A stretch of 64,000 bases of DNA, taken from the NCBI GenBank assembly GCA_002633005.1, contig NMRA01000755.1, forward strand, positions 1 to 64,000, read 5' to 3'. Position 1 is the stretch's first letter, and the number at the start of each line of letters is the position of its first letter. A program made the translations under genes and the position numbers. This DNA is from Phoronis australis (taxonomy: Eukaryota; Animalia; Phoronida). Shown here in pieces: positions 63,778-64,000 of this stretch. The notes beneath the pieces were generated by a model that ran no database searches, was not told the DNA's origin, and worked only from the letters and a program-made list of their open reading frames with translations.

Positions 63778-64000
63778 ATGTGGTAACGTTTTAAAACCAA
63801 AAGCGTTAAGAATTCAGCATCGCCAGCTAAACAATGGGCAAATGCAGCTTTAATGTTTACTCGGTTTTCGGCTTACGATAACTGTCGGAATGGCTCGAAC
63901 TTATAACGATTGATACAACCGGGTTGCAATTCGACGACAAACTACTGATCTAGAAAATTGATATGGTAACATTTTCCGTTTGACTGCATCGTGTTTTTTA

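Overview
Intron-rich, AT-rich eukaryotic DNA, probably from a marine invertebrate (inference from intron style, pearl/HINE-like elements and TACATGTA enrichment). Reading GT-AG splice sites by hand gives four protein genes. (1) The first coding exon of a TSPAN6/7-like tetraspanin (-, 3428-3520). (2) A complete 5-exon NAPE-PLD (-, 14878-18863, about 353 aa). (3) A 3-exon secreted PAN/Apple + LamG/ConA-like protein (+, 25689-31988, 326 aa). (4) An 18-exon, 608-aa secreted ADAM/ADAMTS-type (M12B) metalloprotease (+, 38851-63777). The protease has an atypical zinc motif HEGSHPLGMTD (Asp in place of the third His), no apparent cysteine switch, and a single C-terminal F-type (fucolectin) lectin domain in place of disintegrin/TSP1 modules. 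It is the standout candidate for an undescribed glycan-targeted protease. Also present: an intronic antisense tRNA-Pro(UGG), a decayed R2/HERO-type retrotransposon, a HINE/pearl-like element, several MITE families, satellites and microsatellites, and a 660-bp tandem duplication around an N that is probably an assembly artefact. Most ORFs in the six-frame track are spurious. All gene models are manual and untested by RNA data.
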